Positions 29,204 to 39,382 of a stretch of DNA of 64,000 bases are shown here, piece after piece. The notes below the pieces were generated by a model. That model was not told the origin of the DNA. It did no database searches and saw nothing but the letters and a program-made list of their open reading frames with translations. Position 1 is the first letter of the stretch, and each line of letters begins with the position of its first letter. The DNA comes from Acidobacteriota bacterium (GTDB lineage Bacteria > Acidobacteriota > UBA6911). Location of the stretch: assembly GCA_963664705.1 (NCBI GenBank), contig OY761556.1, positions 2,496,001-2,560,000 of the forward strand. The letters run 5' to 3'. The position numbers and the translations under genes are program-made.

Positions 29204-29292
29204 CGGCAGGGGCGATCAGAAATTAGCCAGGGGTGAGCGCAGCGAACCCCTGGTAGAACAGTGAAAATAATGGAGCCCCAAAGGGGCGAAAG
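29204..29292. repeat. REP-like triple-hairpin repeat
   Basis: GCCCCGGCAGGGGCGA...CCAGGGG..CCCCTGG...GCCCCAAAGGGGCGA. Confidence 0.65.
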
Positions 29293-29405
29293 AACGGCAA
29301 TTGCAAAAAAGTAAATGGCATTGGGCGGGGCGGCATAGTTCCCCGCAGTCGCGGATTTTTCTGTCTCTTTGCATTTCATTTCACGGGGCGTAAGATCTGT
29401 TCTCT

Positions 29406-31772
29406 ATGGATGACCGGACTTTTGAAACACTGGAACTGAAAGCACTGATTGAACTGGCGGCACGGCACGTTCACACGCCTCCCGGCCACAGCCGAATGCT
29501 CAGCCTGCGGCCGTTGACCGTAAAAGCCGATATTCTCAGGGATCTGGAGATTACCAGCGAATGTGTTGGCTTCGTGAACACGCGTGGCAGATTCGGGCTA
29601 TCCGGGATTGAAGATCCGGAGCCGATTGTTTCCCAGTTGCATATCGAAGGCACCAGTCTGGAACCGAAACAGATACTGGCGCTGGAGCGAATTCTCATTG
29701 TCAGCCGCGATGCAAGAAACCTGATCAAAGCGGCGGAGGCCGATGGAATTTACCCGCATCTCCTGCAAATGGCATCACAGATCCCGGATCTCCGGCCAAT
29801 TCTGTCAGGGATTCACGGCAAGATCCTGCCCAATGGCGAGCTCGACGACAATGCCAGCCCGGAACTGCGTGATATCCGTCATGACCTGATGGAGCGGCGG
29901 CACCGCATCCATCGCGCACTGGAATCCATTCTACGCGGGCAGGTTCAGGCAGTTCAGGAAGAGATCATCACCTTTCGCAACGGCCGTTTCGTCATCCCGG
30001 TTCGAACCGATTCGCGCAACCAGATCCCCGGTGTTGTCCATGGGCTATCTTCCAGCGGGCAGACGACCTTTGTCGAACCGATGACCATCATCAACCAGAA
30101 CAATGATCTCGTTCGCCTGCGGGAGCAGGAGGAGATCGAAGTCTCCCGGATCCTCATCTCCATCACGGAATCGCTGCGCGGCAGCCTCGAGTCCATCAAA
30201 ACGGCGATCCGTATCCTGACCGATCTGGACGTCGCCCAGGCGAAAGCGGCATTTGCCATGGAATTTCACTGCATCGTGCCGCAGATTTCCGACACCGGGA
30301 AATATCGGCTCCGCAATGCGCGTCACGTTCTGCTGGAGCATTCGCTCCGGACCTCAGGCGGCAAACCGGTCCCGATCTCTCTTGAACTCGATGACGACCA
30401 CCAGGTGCTCATTATCAGCGGCCCGAATGCGGGCGGCAAAACGGTGGTGCTGAAAACGCTCGGACTCCTCTCTCTGATGGCTCAAATGGGATTTCATGTC
30501 CCCGCCGAAGAGGCGCTTCTCCCCATTTTCGAGCAGGTTTTTGCCGACATCGGAGATCAGCAATCCATTGCGGCGAATCTCTCAACCTTTACCGCGCATA
30601 TGCGCAACATCGCCGAAACGGCGCAGCGAGTGCACCCTCCGGCACTGGTGCTGCTGGACGAGGTAGGCACGGGCACCGACCCGGACGAAGGCGCCGCCCT
30701 GGCCATCGCGATCGTTGATTTCTTCCGGCGAGCCGGCGCGACTACCATCGCATCCACACACTATCCCAATCTCAAAATGTGGGCATCGCGCACCGACAGC
30801 GTCCTGAACGCATCCGTCGAATTCGACGAGCGGACTCTGCGCCCGACCTATCGGCTGCTCACGGGTATGGCAGGGGCTTCATCCGGGCTGGAAATCGCAA
30901 GACGCATGAATGTGAACGAAGGAATCTTGATCCAGGCGAAGTCATTGATTGACCCCAGCCACGCCGAGGCTCGCGATTATCTGAAGCGACTGAAGGAAAG
31001 CCTGGACGAGCAGGAGAGGCTGCGGGCATCCCTGGAGGTCGAACGCGCAACCCTTGCGGATAAAAGCTCCAGGCTGGAACAGGAATTCAGCAAGCGGGAG
31101 GAATCGCGTAAAACGGAATTTGACGCTGCGTTTGGACAAATCATCGCTGATTTCAAAGCCGAAAGCGAAAAAGCGGCTCGCAAGATCAAAGACCGGATCG
31201 AAGCAGCCCGCATCAAGCGAGCGACGGACAATCATGCCGCCGAATTGCGCAGAAGATCCGCGCAACTTCGCGCCGGCGCCGGGCAAGCCGATGCGCAAGC
31301 CGAAGTCGCCGAAACCATCGCGGAGATTCATGAGGGAGATCGAGTGCGCGTTCAGTCTCTTGATCGTGAAGGGATCGTGGAATCTATTCGGGACGGTCTC
31401 TACACCGTGCTGGTCGGCCCGTTGCGCTACCGCGCCGACCGCAAGGATCTTGAAAGAAAAAGTGCCGGCGGATCCGCCGCAGCCACCCCGGCGCCGCGAA
31501 TCATCGTAACGGAAGCGGGAGATGAAACGGTGCGGGAACTGAAAGTCATCGGGTTAAGCGCTGACGAGGCGCTGGATCGGGTTGACAAATTCCTGGATCA
31601 GGCTTTCCTGGCGGATATCGACAGTATCCGCATTATTCATGGACACGGTAAGGGGATCTTGAGGAATGCGATCGCTCAAATGCTTACCGCGCACCCGCAG
31701 GTGGAACGGTTCAGTCTGGCGCCGCCCGATAAAGGCGGCGGTGGCGCAACCATTGTGGAGCTGAAAAAGTAA
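29406..31772 (+). CDS. mutS2: Endonuclease MutS2
   Basis: SGPNAGGKT, LLDEVGTGTDP, C-terminal Smr domain IIHGHGKGILR...GGGGAT. Confidence 0.96.
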   Translation: MDDRTFETLELKALIELAARHVHTPPGHSRMLSLRPLTVKADILRDLEITSECVGFVNTRGRFGLSGIEDPEPIVSQLHIEGTSLEPKQILALERILIVSRDARNLIKAAEADGIYPHLLQMASQIPDLRPILSGIHGKILPNGELDDNASPELRDIRHDLMERRHRIHRALESILRGQVQAVQEEIITFRNGRFVIPVRTDSRNQIPGVVHGLSSSGQTTFVEPMTIINQNNDLVRLREQEEIEVSRILISITESLRGSLESIKTAIRILTDLDVAQAKAAFAMEFHCIVPQISDTGKYRLRNARHVLLEHSLRTSGGKPVPISLELDDDHQVLIISGPNAGGKTVVLKTLGLLSLMAQMGFHVPAEEALLPIFEQVFADIGDQQSIAANLSTFTAHMRNIAETAQRVHPPALVLLDEVGTGTDPDEGAALAIAIVDFFRRAGATTIASTHYPNLKMWASRTDSVLNASVEFDERTLRPTYRLLTGMAGASSGLEIARRMNVNEGILIQAKSLIDPSHAEARDYLKRLKESLDEQERLRASLEVERATLADKSSRLEQEFSKREESRKTEFDAAFGQIIADFKAESEKAARKIKDRIEAARIKRATDNHAAELRRRSAQLRAGAGQADAQAEVAETIAEIHEGDRVRVQSLDREGIVESIRDGLYTVLVGPLRYRADRKDLERKSAGGSAAATPAPRIIVTEAGDETVRELKVIGLSADEALDRVDKFLDQAFLADIDSIRIIHGHGKGILRNAIAQMLTAHPQVERFSLAPPDKGGGGATIVELKK

Positions 31773-31809
31773 TTTCGCTGAAAGCGCCGGCGTGGCTGCT
31801 TTCGCGACG

Positions 31810-31940
31810 CTGGTGCCGCATATTATTTGCAAAAAGGCGCGCCCGACTGGAAACCGTGGAGTGCCGCAGTAAGCTTCCGCCTTTGAAAATCATGAAGGCG
31901 GAAGGGCTTCGCCCTCGACAAATAGTATGCAGCATTAGCC
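31810..31940. repeat. MITE-like element with terminal inverted repeats
   Basis: Left end TGCCGCATATTATTTG, right end CAAATAGTATGCAGCA. Internal hairpin CTTCCGCCTT..AAGGCGGAAG. Homologous to 694-808. Confidence 0.7.
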
Positions 31941-31989
31941 GGGCCGGCGGCGCTCCCAGTGGTAATCCCCCAACCCCGGAATTCCCGAA

Positions 31990-34296
31990 TTATTCCCGGC
32001 TTGGATGCGCGGTGCAGAACTCGGTCGGCTCGGTTCCCGCAATGAACACCTCTTCCCGGACATTCGGGCATTCAGGCGTGGCCAGCATTTGCGTCTCGGA
32101 ATCAATGGAAACCGAGACAACTCCTTCCGGTCGTTCAAACGCCTGTATATTGGAGAAGCCGGGGAGCATCGAAGCCCTCTTCATAAACTCAGTCCAGATC
32201 GGACCCGCGGAGGTTGCCCCGGATAATCCCAACTCTCTATTGTCATCGAACCCTACCCATACCACACACAGCAGATTTGTCGTGTACCCGACAAACCATC
32301 CATCAAACGAAGTTCCGGTTTTTCCGGCTGCCGGAAAGCGAAAGCCGCGAGAACGAACGCCGGCACCGGTGCCCCGATTCAGCACATCTTCCAGAATATT
32401 CGTCACGAGATAGGAAACACGCGGATCCAAAACTTCCTTGCGCATCGGCTTGTTATTCTCGAGCAGATCTCCGGCACCGCTCACAACCTTCTGCAGGAAG
32501 GTCGGCTCACATCGAGTTCCGTAGTTGGCAAAAGCCGTATACCCGGCCAGGATTTCCAGCGGTGCCATCTCGTATGCGCCGAGAGCCAGGGCCGGAGTCG
32601 GTTTTATATCGGAATCAAATCCCAGGCGCTGGGCAAACTTTACGATTCGCCCATAGCCGACCTGCTGGGCAACCTGAACCGTTGCAACATTGAGTGAATG
32701 AACAAGCGCATCCCGCAGCGTCACCGTCCCGTAATACTCCTGTCCGTAATTGTTCGGCGTATATTCCTTGTTATCGAAATAAAAGGTAGTCGGCTCATCA
32801 ACAACGGTAGACGTGGGAAGCAGCACAGGATCTCTTTCATCGAGAGCATTTTCAAATGCGGCGGCATAAACAAACGGCTTAAAGGCCGAGCCCGGCTGAC
32901 GCCGGCTCAAGGCATGGTTCAGCTGGCTGTTCGCATAATCTCTGCCACCGACCAGTGCCTTGATCTCTCCTGTATGCGGATTCATGGCTACCAGGGCAAC
33001 CTGCGGGAATGGAACCGCTTCCCCGCGTTTCTTCCAGAGCGCATATTTCTTTGCGAGCTGAAGGTCGACATTCTTCATCCCCCAGTCGACGGCGGCAGCG
33101 GCCGCCTGCTGCAACTCGACATCGAGCGTTGTGTAGATCCGGAAATTCCGGGAATTCAATTCCTGCTCGGCAAACTGATCCAGCAGATCGTCCTTGACCA
33201 TATCCACAAAATAGCCGGCTCTGCCGGCGCCGTACGTTCCGCTCACAATGTGCAGCGGCATCTTCTTCGCCTCCTGCACCTGCTCTTTTGAAATATATCC
33301 ATTATCCTGCATGGCAAGCAGCACCCGGTCGCGGGCCTCGGCGGCACGCTCCGGCTTTCGCTCCGCCGAGGAATATCGATTGGGCGCGCGGATAATGCCG
33401 GCCAGAAAACAAATCTGGCCCAGATTCAATTCGCGCACATCGGTGCCGAAATAGGCCTGCGCCGCTTCTCCGAAACCGTGAATGGCAAAGCTTCCTCGGT
33501 TCCCGAGATATACTTCATTGGCATAGAGCTCGAAGATTCGTTCCTTGGTGAAGCGTTTTTCGAGAATCAGCGCCATGTAGGTTTCCTTGACCTTGCGCCG
33601 CCATTCCCGCCTCGTTGAGAAAAAGAAACTGCGCGCCACCTGCATGGTGATCGTGCTGGCGCCCTGTGACTTTTCCCGACTGCGCAGATCCGCCACGGTC
33701 GCGCCCAGAATTCGAATGGGATCAAATCCCGGGTGCTCGAAAAATCGCTTGTCCTCGGCCGACAGGATGGCATTCAGCAACGGCCGGGGAAATTCGGCAT
33801 ACGCTACCGGACGCCGTTTTTCCCTTGTGGTGCCAAAGAGCCCAGAGATCATTTCCGGCTCGATATCGGCGGATATCAGCCGATTCCCGGAAGGCCATGC
33901 GCGAATCTGAGCAATTCGCCGGCGGGAAAAATCCACCATCAATCCGTTCTTGCCCGCAAAATAGGAATTTGCCGACGGACTGATTTCCATGGAAGAAGCC
34001 GTGGTATGAATCTGCCCCACCGAATCCGCAACCTTGGAATTGGTGTAGCCGTTTGACTGCAAATAGGCGGCAAGCTCTTCCTGTGAAATGGGCTGTCCCA
34101 CCGAAATACGTTTCGGCGCCGCAAAGATCCTTGATTCAGTCCTGACCAGGTTTCCGGATAATCGCTGCTCGATCATCACGGAAAAACGGTGGTAATAGAA
34201 TACAAGACCTCCCAGGACGGTCAGGATGATTACGCCTGCAATTGCGAGGAATACATGAAGAAACGAAATCCGAAATCCGCGAGTCTTTTTATCCAC
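31990..34296 (-). CDS. mrcB: Class A penicillin-binding protein (PBP1B-like)
   Basis: TM helix plus UB2H-like region, transglycosylase EDKRFFEH and GASTITMQ, transpeptidase SAFK, SLN and KTG motifs. Confidence 0.9.
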   Translation of the reverse strand: MDKKTRGFRISFLHVFLAIAGVIILTVLGGLVFYYHRFSVMIEQRLSGNLVRTESRIFAAPKRISVGQPISQEELAAYLQSNGYTNSKVADSVGQIHTTASSMEISPSANSYFAGKNGLMVDFSRRRIAQIRAWPSGNRLISADIEPEMISGLFGTTREKRRPVAYAEFPRPLLNAILSAEDKRFFEHPGFDPIRILGATVADLRSREKSQGASTITMQVARSFFFSTRREWRRKVKETYMALILEKRFTKERIFELYANEVYLGNRGSFAIHGFGEAAQAYFGTDVRELNLGQICFLAGIIRAPNRYSSAERKPERAAEARDRVLLAMQDNGYISKEQVQEAKKMPLHIVSGTYGAGRAGYFVDMVKDDLLDQFAEQELNSRNFRIYTTLDVELQQAAAAAVDWGMKNVDLQLAKKYALWKKRGEAVPFPQVALVAMNPHTGEIKALVGGRDYANSQLNHALSRRQPGSAFKPFVYAAAFENALDERDPVLLPTSTVVDEPTTFYFDNKEYTPNNYGQEYYGTVTLRDALVHSLNVATVQVAQQVGYGRIVKFAQRLGFDSDIKPTPALALGAYEMAPLEILAGYTAFANYGTRCEPTFLQKVVSGAGDLLENNKPMRKEVLDPRVSYLVTNILEDVLNRGTGAGVRSRGFRFPAAGKTGTSFDGWFVGYTTNLLCVVWVGFDDNRELGLSGATSAGPIWTEFMKRASMLPGFSNIQAFERPEGVVSVSIDSETQMLATPECPNVREEVFIAGTEPTEFCTAHPSRE

Positions 34297-34426
34297 AATC
34301 CCTGCTCTTTCGAAAAATCATTATTCTAGCACCGGAAACATCGCGCCGTGCCGTGTCTCATCAGCAAAAGCGAAAAGTCGATGCAAATCGTTTCCACGTG
34401 CATGAAACCTGGCCGCCAGAAAAACC

Positions 34427-34456
34427 TTGACACCAAAGGAACCGGTCCACTAAGAT
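34427..34456 (+). promoter_or_regulatory. Sigma70-type promoter of the nuo genes
   Basis: TTGACA-N18-TAAGAT, about 75 bp upstream of nuoE. Confidence 0.6.
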
Positions 34457-34531
34457 CCTTTCGAGAGTTTGATCGTTCCAAATGTCTGAATAATAATTAT
34501 TTATAGTCCCCATTGAAATGCATTAGATAAC

Positions 34532-34996
34532 ATGCTAACTCAGTCGGCATGCCAGCAAATTCAGTCTTTGATGCAAAAATATCCGAGGAAAAGGTCTGCC
34601 CTGATCCCGGCCTTGCATCTGGTTCAAAAAGAAGAGGGATACCTCTCCAAGGAGACGATCCGCGAAGTCGCGCAGATGTTTGACCTTGCGCCGAATGAAG
34701 TCAATGAAGTCGTCAGCTTCTACACGATGCTTTATAAGAAGCCGGTCGGCAAATATGTCATTCAGGTGTGCACCAACATCTCGTGCCTCCTTTGCAACGC
34801 GGAGGAGATCATGGAACATCTCACACGGAAGCTGGGTATCCGTCCGGGTGAAACGACACCCGATAAGAAATATACTTTAGTGGAAGTGGAATGCCTGGGC
34901 TCTTGCGGAACCAGCCCGGTTATCCAGATCAACGATCAATACCATGAAGAGCTGACACCCGAAAAGCTCGATAAAATTCTGGACAGCCTGGAATAA
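34532..34996 (+). CDS. nuoE: NADH-quinone oxidoreductase subunit E
   Basis: SFYTM, CTNISC and CLGSC [2Fe-2S] ligands. Confidence 0.95.
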   Translation: MLTQSACQQIQSLMQKYPRKRSALIPALHLVQKEEGYLSKETIREVAQMFDLAPNEVNEVVSFYTMLYKKPVGKYVIQVCTNISCLLCNAEEIMEHLTRKLGIRPGETTPDKKYTLVEVECLGSCGTSPVIQINDQYHEELTPEKLDKILDSLE

Positions 34997-35500
34997 ATGG
35001 AGACCATCCTCTTTTATCTATTCAGTGTACTGGCTCTCGCTGCCGCCATCAACATGGTGGCTCAGAAGAAAGTCATCTATTCCGCCATCTCCCTCATTAT
35101 CTGTCTGTGCGCGGTGGCTGCCCTCTACCTGCTCCTGGAAGCGCCCTTTATTGCCGCCGTCCAGGTAATCGTATATGCCGGCGCCATCATGGTTCTGTTC
35201 CTGTTTGTCATCATGATGCTGGATCCCTTTTCCGCTGCAATCTTAAGAGACAAGAAAAAATATCTGGCCTATGCGGCAGTCGTGCTGGGAGTTCTGGCTT
35301 GCGCGCTGATCCTGCCGCTCCTGAAGGCATATAAACCACTGCTGACGCCGCACAACCCGGATATTGGTGCAGGAACGGGAACAGCCGGAAATATCGGGCA
35401 GGTTCTTTTCAACGAGTACCTTGTACCGTTTGAAATGACCTCCGTTCTGATTCTGGTTGCCATCATCGGCGTTGTAGTGCTTGCTCGACGGCGGTCCTGA
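34997..35500 (+). CDS. nuoJ: NADH-quinone oxidoreductase subunit J
   Basis: QVIVYAGAIMVLFLFVIMML and PFEMTSVLILVAIIG motifs. Confidence 0.95.
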   Translation: METILFYLFSVLALAAAINMVAQKKVIYSAISLIICLCAVAALYLLLEAPFIAAVQVIVYAGAIMVLFLFVIMMLDPFSAAILRDKKKYLAYAAVVLGVLACALILPLLKAYKPLLTPHNPDIGAGTGTAGNIGQVLFNEYLVPFEMTSVLILVAIIGVVVLARRRS

Positions 35501-35505
35501 AAACT

Positions 35506-35805
35506 ATGAGTCTCATTCACTATCTAGTTTTGAGTCTTATTCTCTTCCTGGTGGGAGCAGTCGGTTTTGTCGTCAAGAAGAACGTCATCTCCGTCTTCCT
35601 CTGCCTGGAACTGATGTTGAACGCGGCCAACTTGAGCTTCGTGGCATTTTCCAGGCATCTGAACCAGGTGCACGGCCAGATATTCGTGTTTTTCATCATG
35701 GTCGTGGCGGCGGCGGAAGCGGCCGTAGGACTTGCGATCACCATTGTTCTATATCGCAACCGCAACACCCTCAGTGTCGATGATGCCGACACAATGAAAT
35801 GGTAA
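35506..35805 (+). CDS. nuoK: NADH-quinone oxidoreductase subunit K
   Basis: ELMLNAANL and VAAAEAAVGLAI motifs. Confidence 0.96.
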   Translation: MSLIHYLVLSLILFLVGAVGFVVKKNVISVFLCLELMLNAANLSFVAFSRHLNQVHGQIFVFFIMVVAAAEAAVGLAITIVLYRNRNTLSVDDADTMKW

Positions 35806-35814
35806 AGTCCGGAC

Positions 35815-37749
35815 ATGACTGAATATCTGTGGTTGATTCCGCTGATTCCACTGGCCGGTGCCGCCATAAACGGCCTTTTGGGCAAACGATTCCCGAAGTC
35901 TGTCATTTCTATTGTCGGCTGCGGAACCGCCGGGCTTTCCTTTATCCTTTCCCTGCTTGCGTTCTCCAATCTTCTCGCACTGGTTCCGGAAGAGAGACAC
36001 GTTCTACGCGTATTTTTTACCTGGATTGCTTCCGGGACTTTTATTGCCAAGGCTGAATTCCTGCTCGATCCGCTCTCGGCCACGATGATCCTGATCGTAA
36101 CCGGCGTCGGTTTCGTCATCCATGTATATTCCATCGGATATATGCATGCGGAAGACGGCTATTACCGATTCTTTGCCTACCTTAATTTGTTCCTCTTCTC
36201 GATGCTCATCCTGGTGTTGGGCGGGAACTTCCTTCTGATGTTTGTGGGATGGGAAGGGGTGGGACTCTGCTCTTATCTGCTGATCGGCTATTATTTCGAG
36301 CGACGCAGTGCCGGGGACGCAGGGAAAAAGGCATTCATTGTCAACCGGATCGGCGACATTGGATTCATCCTCGGCATATTCCTGATCTTTCTCACTTTCA
36401 GCAGCCTGAATTTCGGCGAAGTTTTTAAGCAGATCGCGGACGGTCCACAGCGATTCCCAGCGGAAGTTGGGGTGGGAATTCTTACTTCCATTGCCCTCCT
36501 TTTGTTTGTGGGGGCTACCGGCAAGAGCGCCCAGATTCCTCTGTATGTCTGGCTGCCGGATGCGATGGAAGGCCCAACTCCGGTCAGTGCCCTAATCCAT
36601 GCCGCGACTATGGTAACGGCGGGCGTTTACATGGTTGTCCGGTGTGCCCCGATTTTCAGCCGTGCCCCGATCGCACTCGATGTGGTCATGATCATTGGGA
36701 CTCTGACGGCGCTCATGGCGGCTACCATTGGGCTGGTTCAGACCGATATCAAGCGTGTACTCGCCTACTCCACCGTCAGCCAGCTGGGCTACATGTTTGT
36801 AGCGGCAGGCGTGGGCGCCTTTTCTGCCGGTGTCTTCCACCTGATGACCCATGCGTTTTTCAAGGCATTGCTCTTCCTCGGGGCGGGCAGCGTTATTCAC
36901 GCCATGGGAGGAGAACAGGATCTTCTGAAGATGGGCGGCTTGCGCCGGAATACTCCCATCACCTTCTGGACTATGCTGATTGCGGCTTTGGCCATCAGCG
37001 GCATCTTCCCTCTCGCCGGATTCTTCAGCAAGGATGAGATTCTGTGGAGTGCATGGTCCAAGGGACACCCGATTGTATGGCTGCTGGGATTCATCACAGC
37101 CGGAATGACCGCGTTTTATATGTTCCGCCTCATCTTCCTGGCTTTCTTCGGAGAAGGCCGCTATTCAGAGGAAGTTCGCCATCATCTGCATGAGTCGCCC
37201 GGGAGCATGACGGGGCCGCTGGTTGTACTCGGGGTTTTGTCGGTTATTGGAGGGTTTGTCGGTCTGCCGGCATGGTTGGGCTCCAATCGTTTCTTCCAGT
37301 TTCTTGAACCCTCCCTCTCGCTTGCTCTTATTCCGGAACATGCGGAAGCTTCGCATCTCGAGGAGCTTCTGTTTGCGGGACTTTCGATCGCTGTAGCGCT
37401 TACAGGCATATTCATGGCTTACCGGATGTACGTTCTGCGTCCTGATTCTTCGGCAAAGCTGGCCGCACGATGGAAGACGCTGCATCGCGTGCTGCTCAAA
37501 AAGTATTACGTGGATGAGCTGTATGATGCTGCCATCATCAACCCGACAATGAGTGCATCCACGAATGTGCTATGGAAGAAGGCGGATGCCGGGCTTATCG
37601 ACGGCAGTGTCAATGGAGTCGGACACCTGGTTCGGAATTTCGGCTCAATGCTCAAGCATGTCCAGAACGGCATGATCCGCAGCTATGCGGTCTGGATACT
37701 GCTGGGCATGGTTGCGGTTCTTCTTTATATGTTTGTTTTCAATTCGTAG
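35815..37749 (+). CDS. nuoL: NADH-quinone oxidoreductase subunit L
   Basis: GWEGVGLCSYLLIG and WLPDAMEGPTPVSALIHAATMV motifs. Confidence 0.97.
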   Translation: MTEYLWLIPLIPLAGAAINGLLGKRFPKSVISIVGCGTAGLSFILSLLAFSNLLALVPEERHVLRVFFTWIASGTFIAKAEFLLDPLSATMILIVTGVGFVIHVYSIGYMHAEDGYYRFFAYLNLFLFSMLILVLGGNFLLMFVGWEGVGLCSYLLIGYYFERRSAGDAGKKAFIVNRIGDIGFILGIFLIFLTFSSLNFGEVFKQIADGPQRFPAEVGVGILTSIALLLFVGATGKSAQIPLYVWLPDAMEGPTPVSALIHAATMVTAGVYMVVRCAPIFSRAPIALDVVMIIGTLTALMAATIGLVQTDIKRVLAYSTVSQLGYMFVAAGVGAFSAGVFHLMTHAFFKALLFLGAGSVIHAMGGEQDLLKMGGLRRNTPITFWTMLIAALAISGIFPLAGFFSKDEILWSAWSKGHPIVWLLGFITAGMTAFYMFRLIFLAFFGEGRYSEEVRHHLHESPGSMTGPLVVLGVLSVIGGFVGLPAWLGSNRFFQFLEPSLSLALIPEHAEASHLEELLFAGLSIAVALTGIFMAYRMYVLRPDSSAKLAARWKTLHRVLLKKYYVDELYDAAIINPTMSASTNVLWKKADAGLIDGSVNGVGHLVRNFGSMLKHVQNGMIRSYAVWILLGMVAVLLYMFVFNS

Positions 37750-37810
37750 AGCTCCGGGCCGTTGACTTTTCCGGCCGCGGCTTTTGCGAATTTTCACCTT
37801 TGGGAAGAGC

Positions 37811-39382
37811 ATGGACGTTCCGCATATCCTTTCGATCGTCACCTATCTGCCGGCCCTGGCAGCGCTGGGGATCCTGGTGATGCCGGCAAAATCCGAAAGG
37901 GGCATGAAGCTGCTTGCCTTCACGAGTGCTCTTGTCACTTTCGTCCTGTCTCTTCACCTCATATATCATTTTAATCCGGCCCGCGGCGATATGCAGTTCG
38001 TAGAATCCGTGAGCTGGATTCGAGCAGCCACATTCCAGGTCAGCCATCATCTGGGCATCGACGGCATCAGTCTCTTTCTTGTCATTCTCACTACTTTTCT
38101 GACTCCTCTGGCCATCCTGTCTTCCTGGAACTCGATTACGCGGCGTCTCAAGCCCTATCTGATGTGCCTCCTTGCGCTCGAGACCGGGATGATCGGGGTC
38201 TTCTGCGCCCTGGATCTTGTCCTGTTTTATGTCTTCTGGGAAGTTATGCTTATCCCGATGTACTTCCTGATCGGGATTTGGGGAGGCGAGCGGAGAGTAT
38301 ACGCAGCCGTCAAGTTCATCCTCTATACAATGGCTGGCTCCCTTCTCATGCTGGTAGCGATCCTCTATCTGTTTTTTGCGAATGGCGGGACCTCCTTTGA
38401 TCTGCTTCAGATCACGCAGCGGTTAACCGACGGGACGCTGCAGTTGTCGGGAACCCAGGAATTCTGGCTGTTCATGGCATTTCTGCTTGCCTTTGCCATC
38501 AAAGTTCCGATGTTCCCGTTCCACACCTGGCTGCCGGATGCCCACGTAGAAGCGCCTACCGCAGGATCTGTTATCCTGGCGGGCGTACTGCTGAAAATGG
38601 GGACCTATGGCCTGCTCCGGTTCTGTCTGCCGCTGTTCCCGCACGCTTCGATTGATGTAGCCCCCTACATCTCGGTCCTCGCCCTCATCGGCATCATTTA
38701 TGGCGCCCTGGTCGCCATGGTGCAGCCGGATTTGAAAAAGCTGGTGGCGTACTCTTCTGTCAGCCATATGGGCCTGATCGTACTGGGGATCTTCGCCTTT
38801 ACAACCCAGGGACTGCAGGGATCGACGATCCAGATGCTCAACCACGGACTCTCCACAGGAGCACTGTTCCTCCTGGTTGGAATGATCTATGACCGGCGCC
38901 ATACGCGCCTGATTTCCGAATTTGGTGGAATCGCCCACGTCAATCCCGTTTATGCTTCGGTCTTCCTGTTTGTCACGCTGTCATCGATCGGGCTGCCGGG
39001 TCTGAATGGATTTGTGGGAGAAGTACTTGTGCTGGCCGGCAGTTTCGCCCGCAATAAAGTGTATGGAAGTCTTGCGGCGCTGAGCATGGTTCTGGGCGCC
39101 GTCTATATGCTGTGGATGTACCAGCGCGTATTCCTCGGAAAAGTGACCAATCCGGCAAATGCATCCATCACCGATATCGGGCTGCGCGAAAAGTCGCTGA
39201 TGATTCCGATTCTGCTCATGATGTTGTGGATCGGCGTTTATTCATCTCCCTTCCTGAGCCGAATGGAAGCATCCCTCGATATCGTGCAGCAGCGCATTGA
39301 CAAAGCCCGCGGCCCCGGTGAGAGCTATCACGTGGAAAGGCGAAGCGCCGCCTCGCCCTCAGGCGAACAAACGGAAAAATGA
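37811..39382 (+). CDS. nuoM: NADH-quinone oxidoreductase subunit M
   Basis: FWEVMLIPMY and HTWLPDAHVEAPT motifs. ATG 37811 preferred as start. Confidence 0.96.
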   Translation: MDVPHILSIVTYLPALAALGILVMPAKSERGMKLLAFTSALVTFVLSLHLIYHFNPARGDMQFVESVSWIRAATFQVSHHLGIDGISLFLVILTTFLTPLAILSSWNSITRRLKPYLMCLLALETGMIGVFCALDLVLFYVFWEVMLIPMYFLIGIWGGERRVYAAVKFILYTMAGSLLMLVAILYLFFANGGTSFDLLQITQRLTDGTLQLSGTQEFWLFMAFLLAFAIKVPMFPFHTWLPDAHVEAPTAGSVILAGVLLKMGTYGLLRFCLPLFPHASIDVAPYISVLALIGIIYGALVAMVQPDLKKLVAYSSVSHMGLIVLGIFAFTTQGLQGSTIQMLNHGLSTGALFLLVGMIYDRRHTRLISEFGGIAHVNPVYASVFLFVTLSSIGLPGLNGFVGEVLVLAGSFARNKVYGSLAALSMVLGAVYMLWMYQRVFLGKVTNPANASITDIGLREKSLMIPILLMMLWIGVYSSPFLSRMEASLDIVQQRIDKARGPGESYHVERRSAASPSGEQTEK

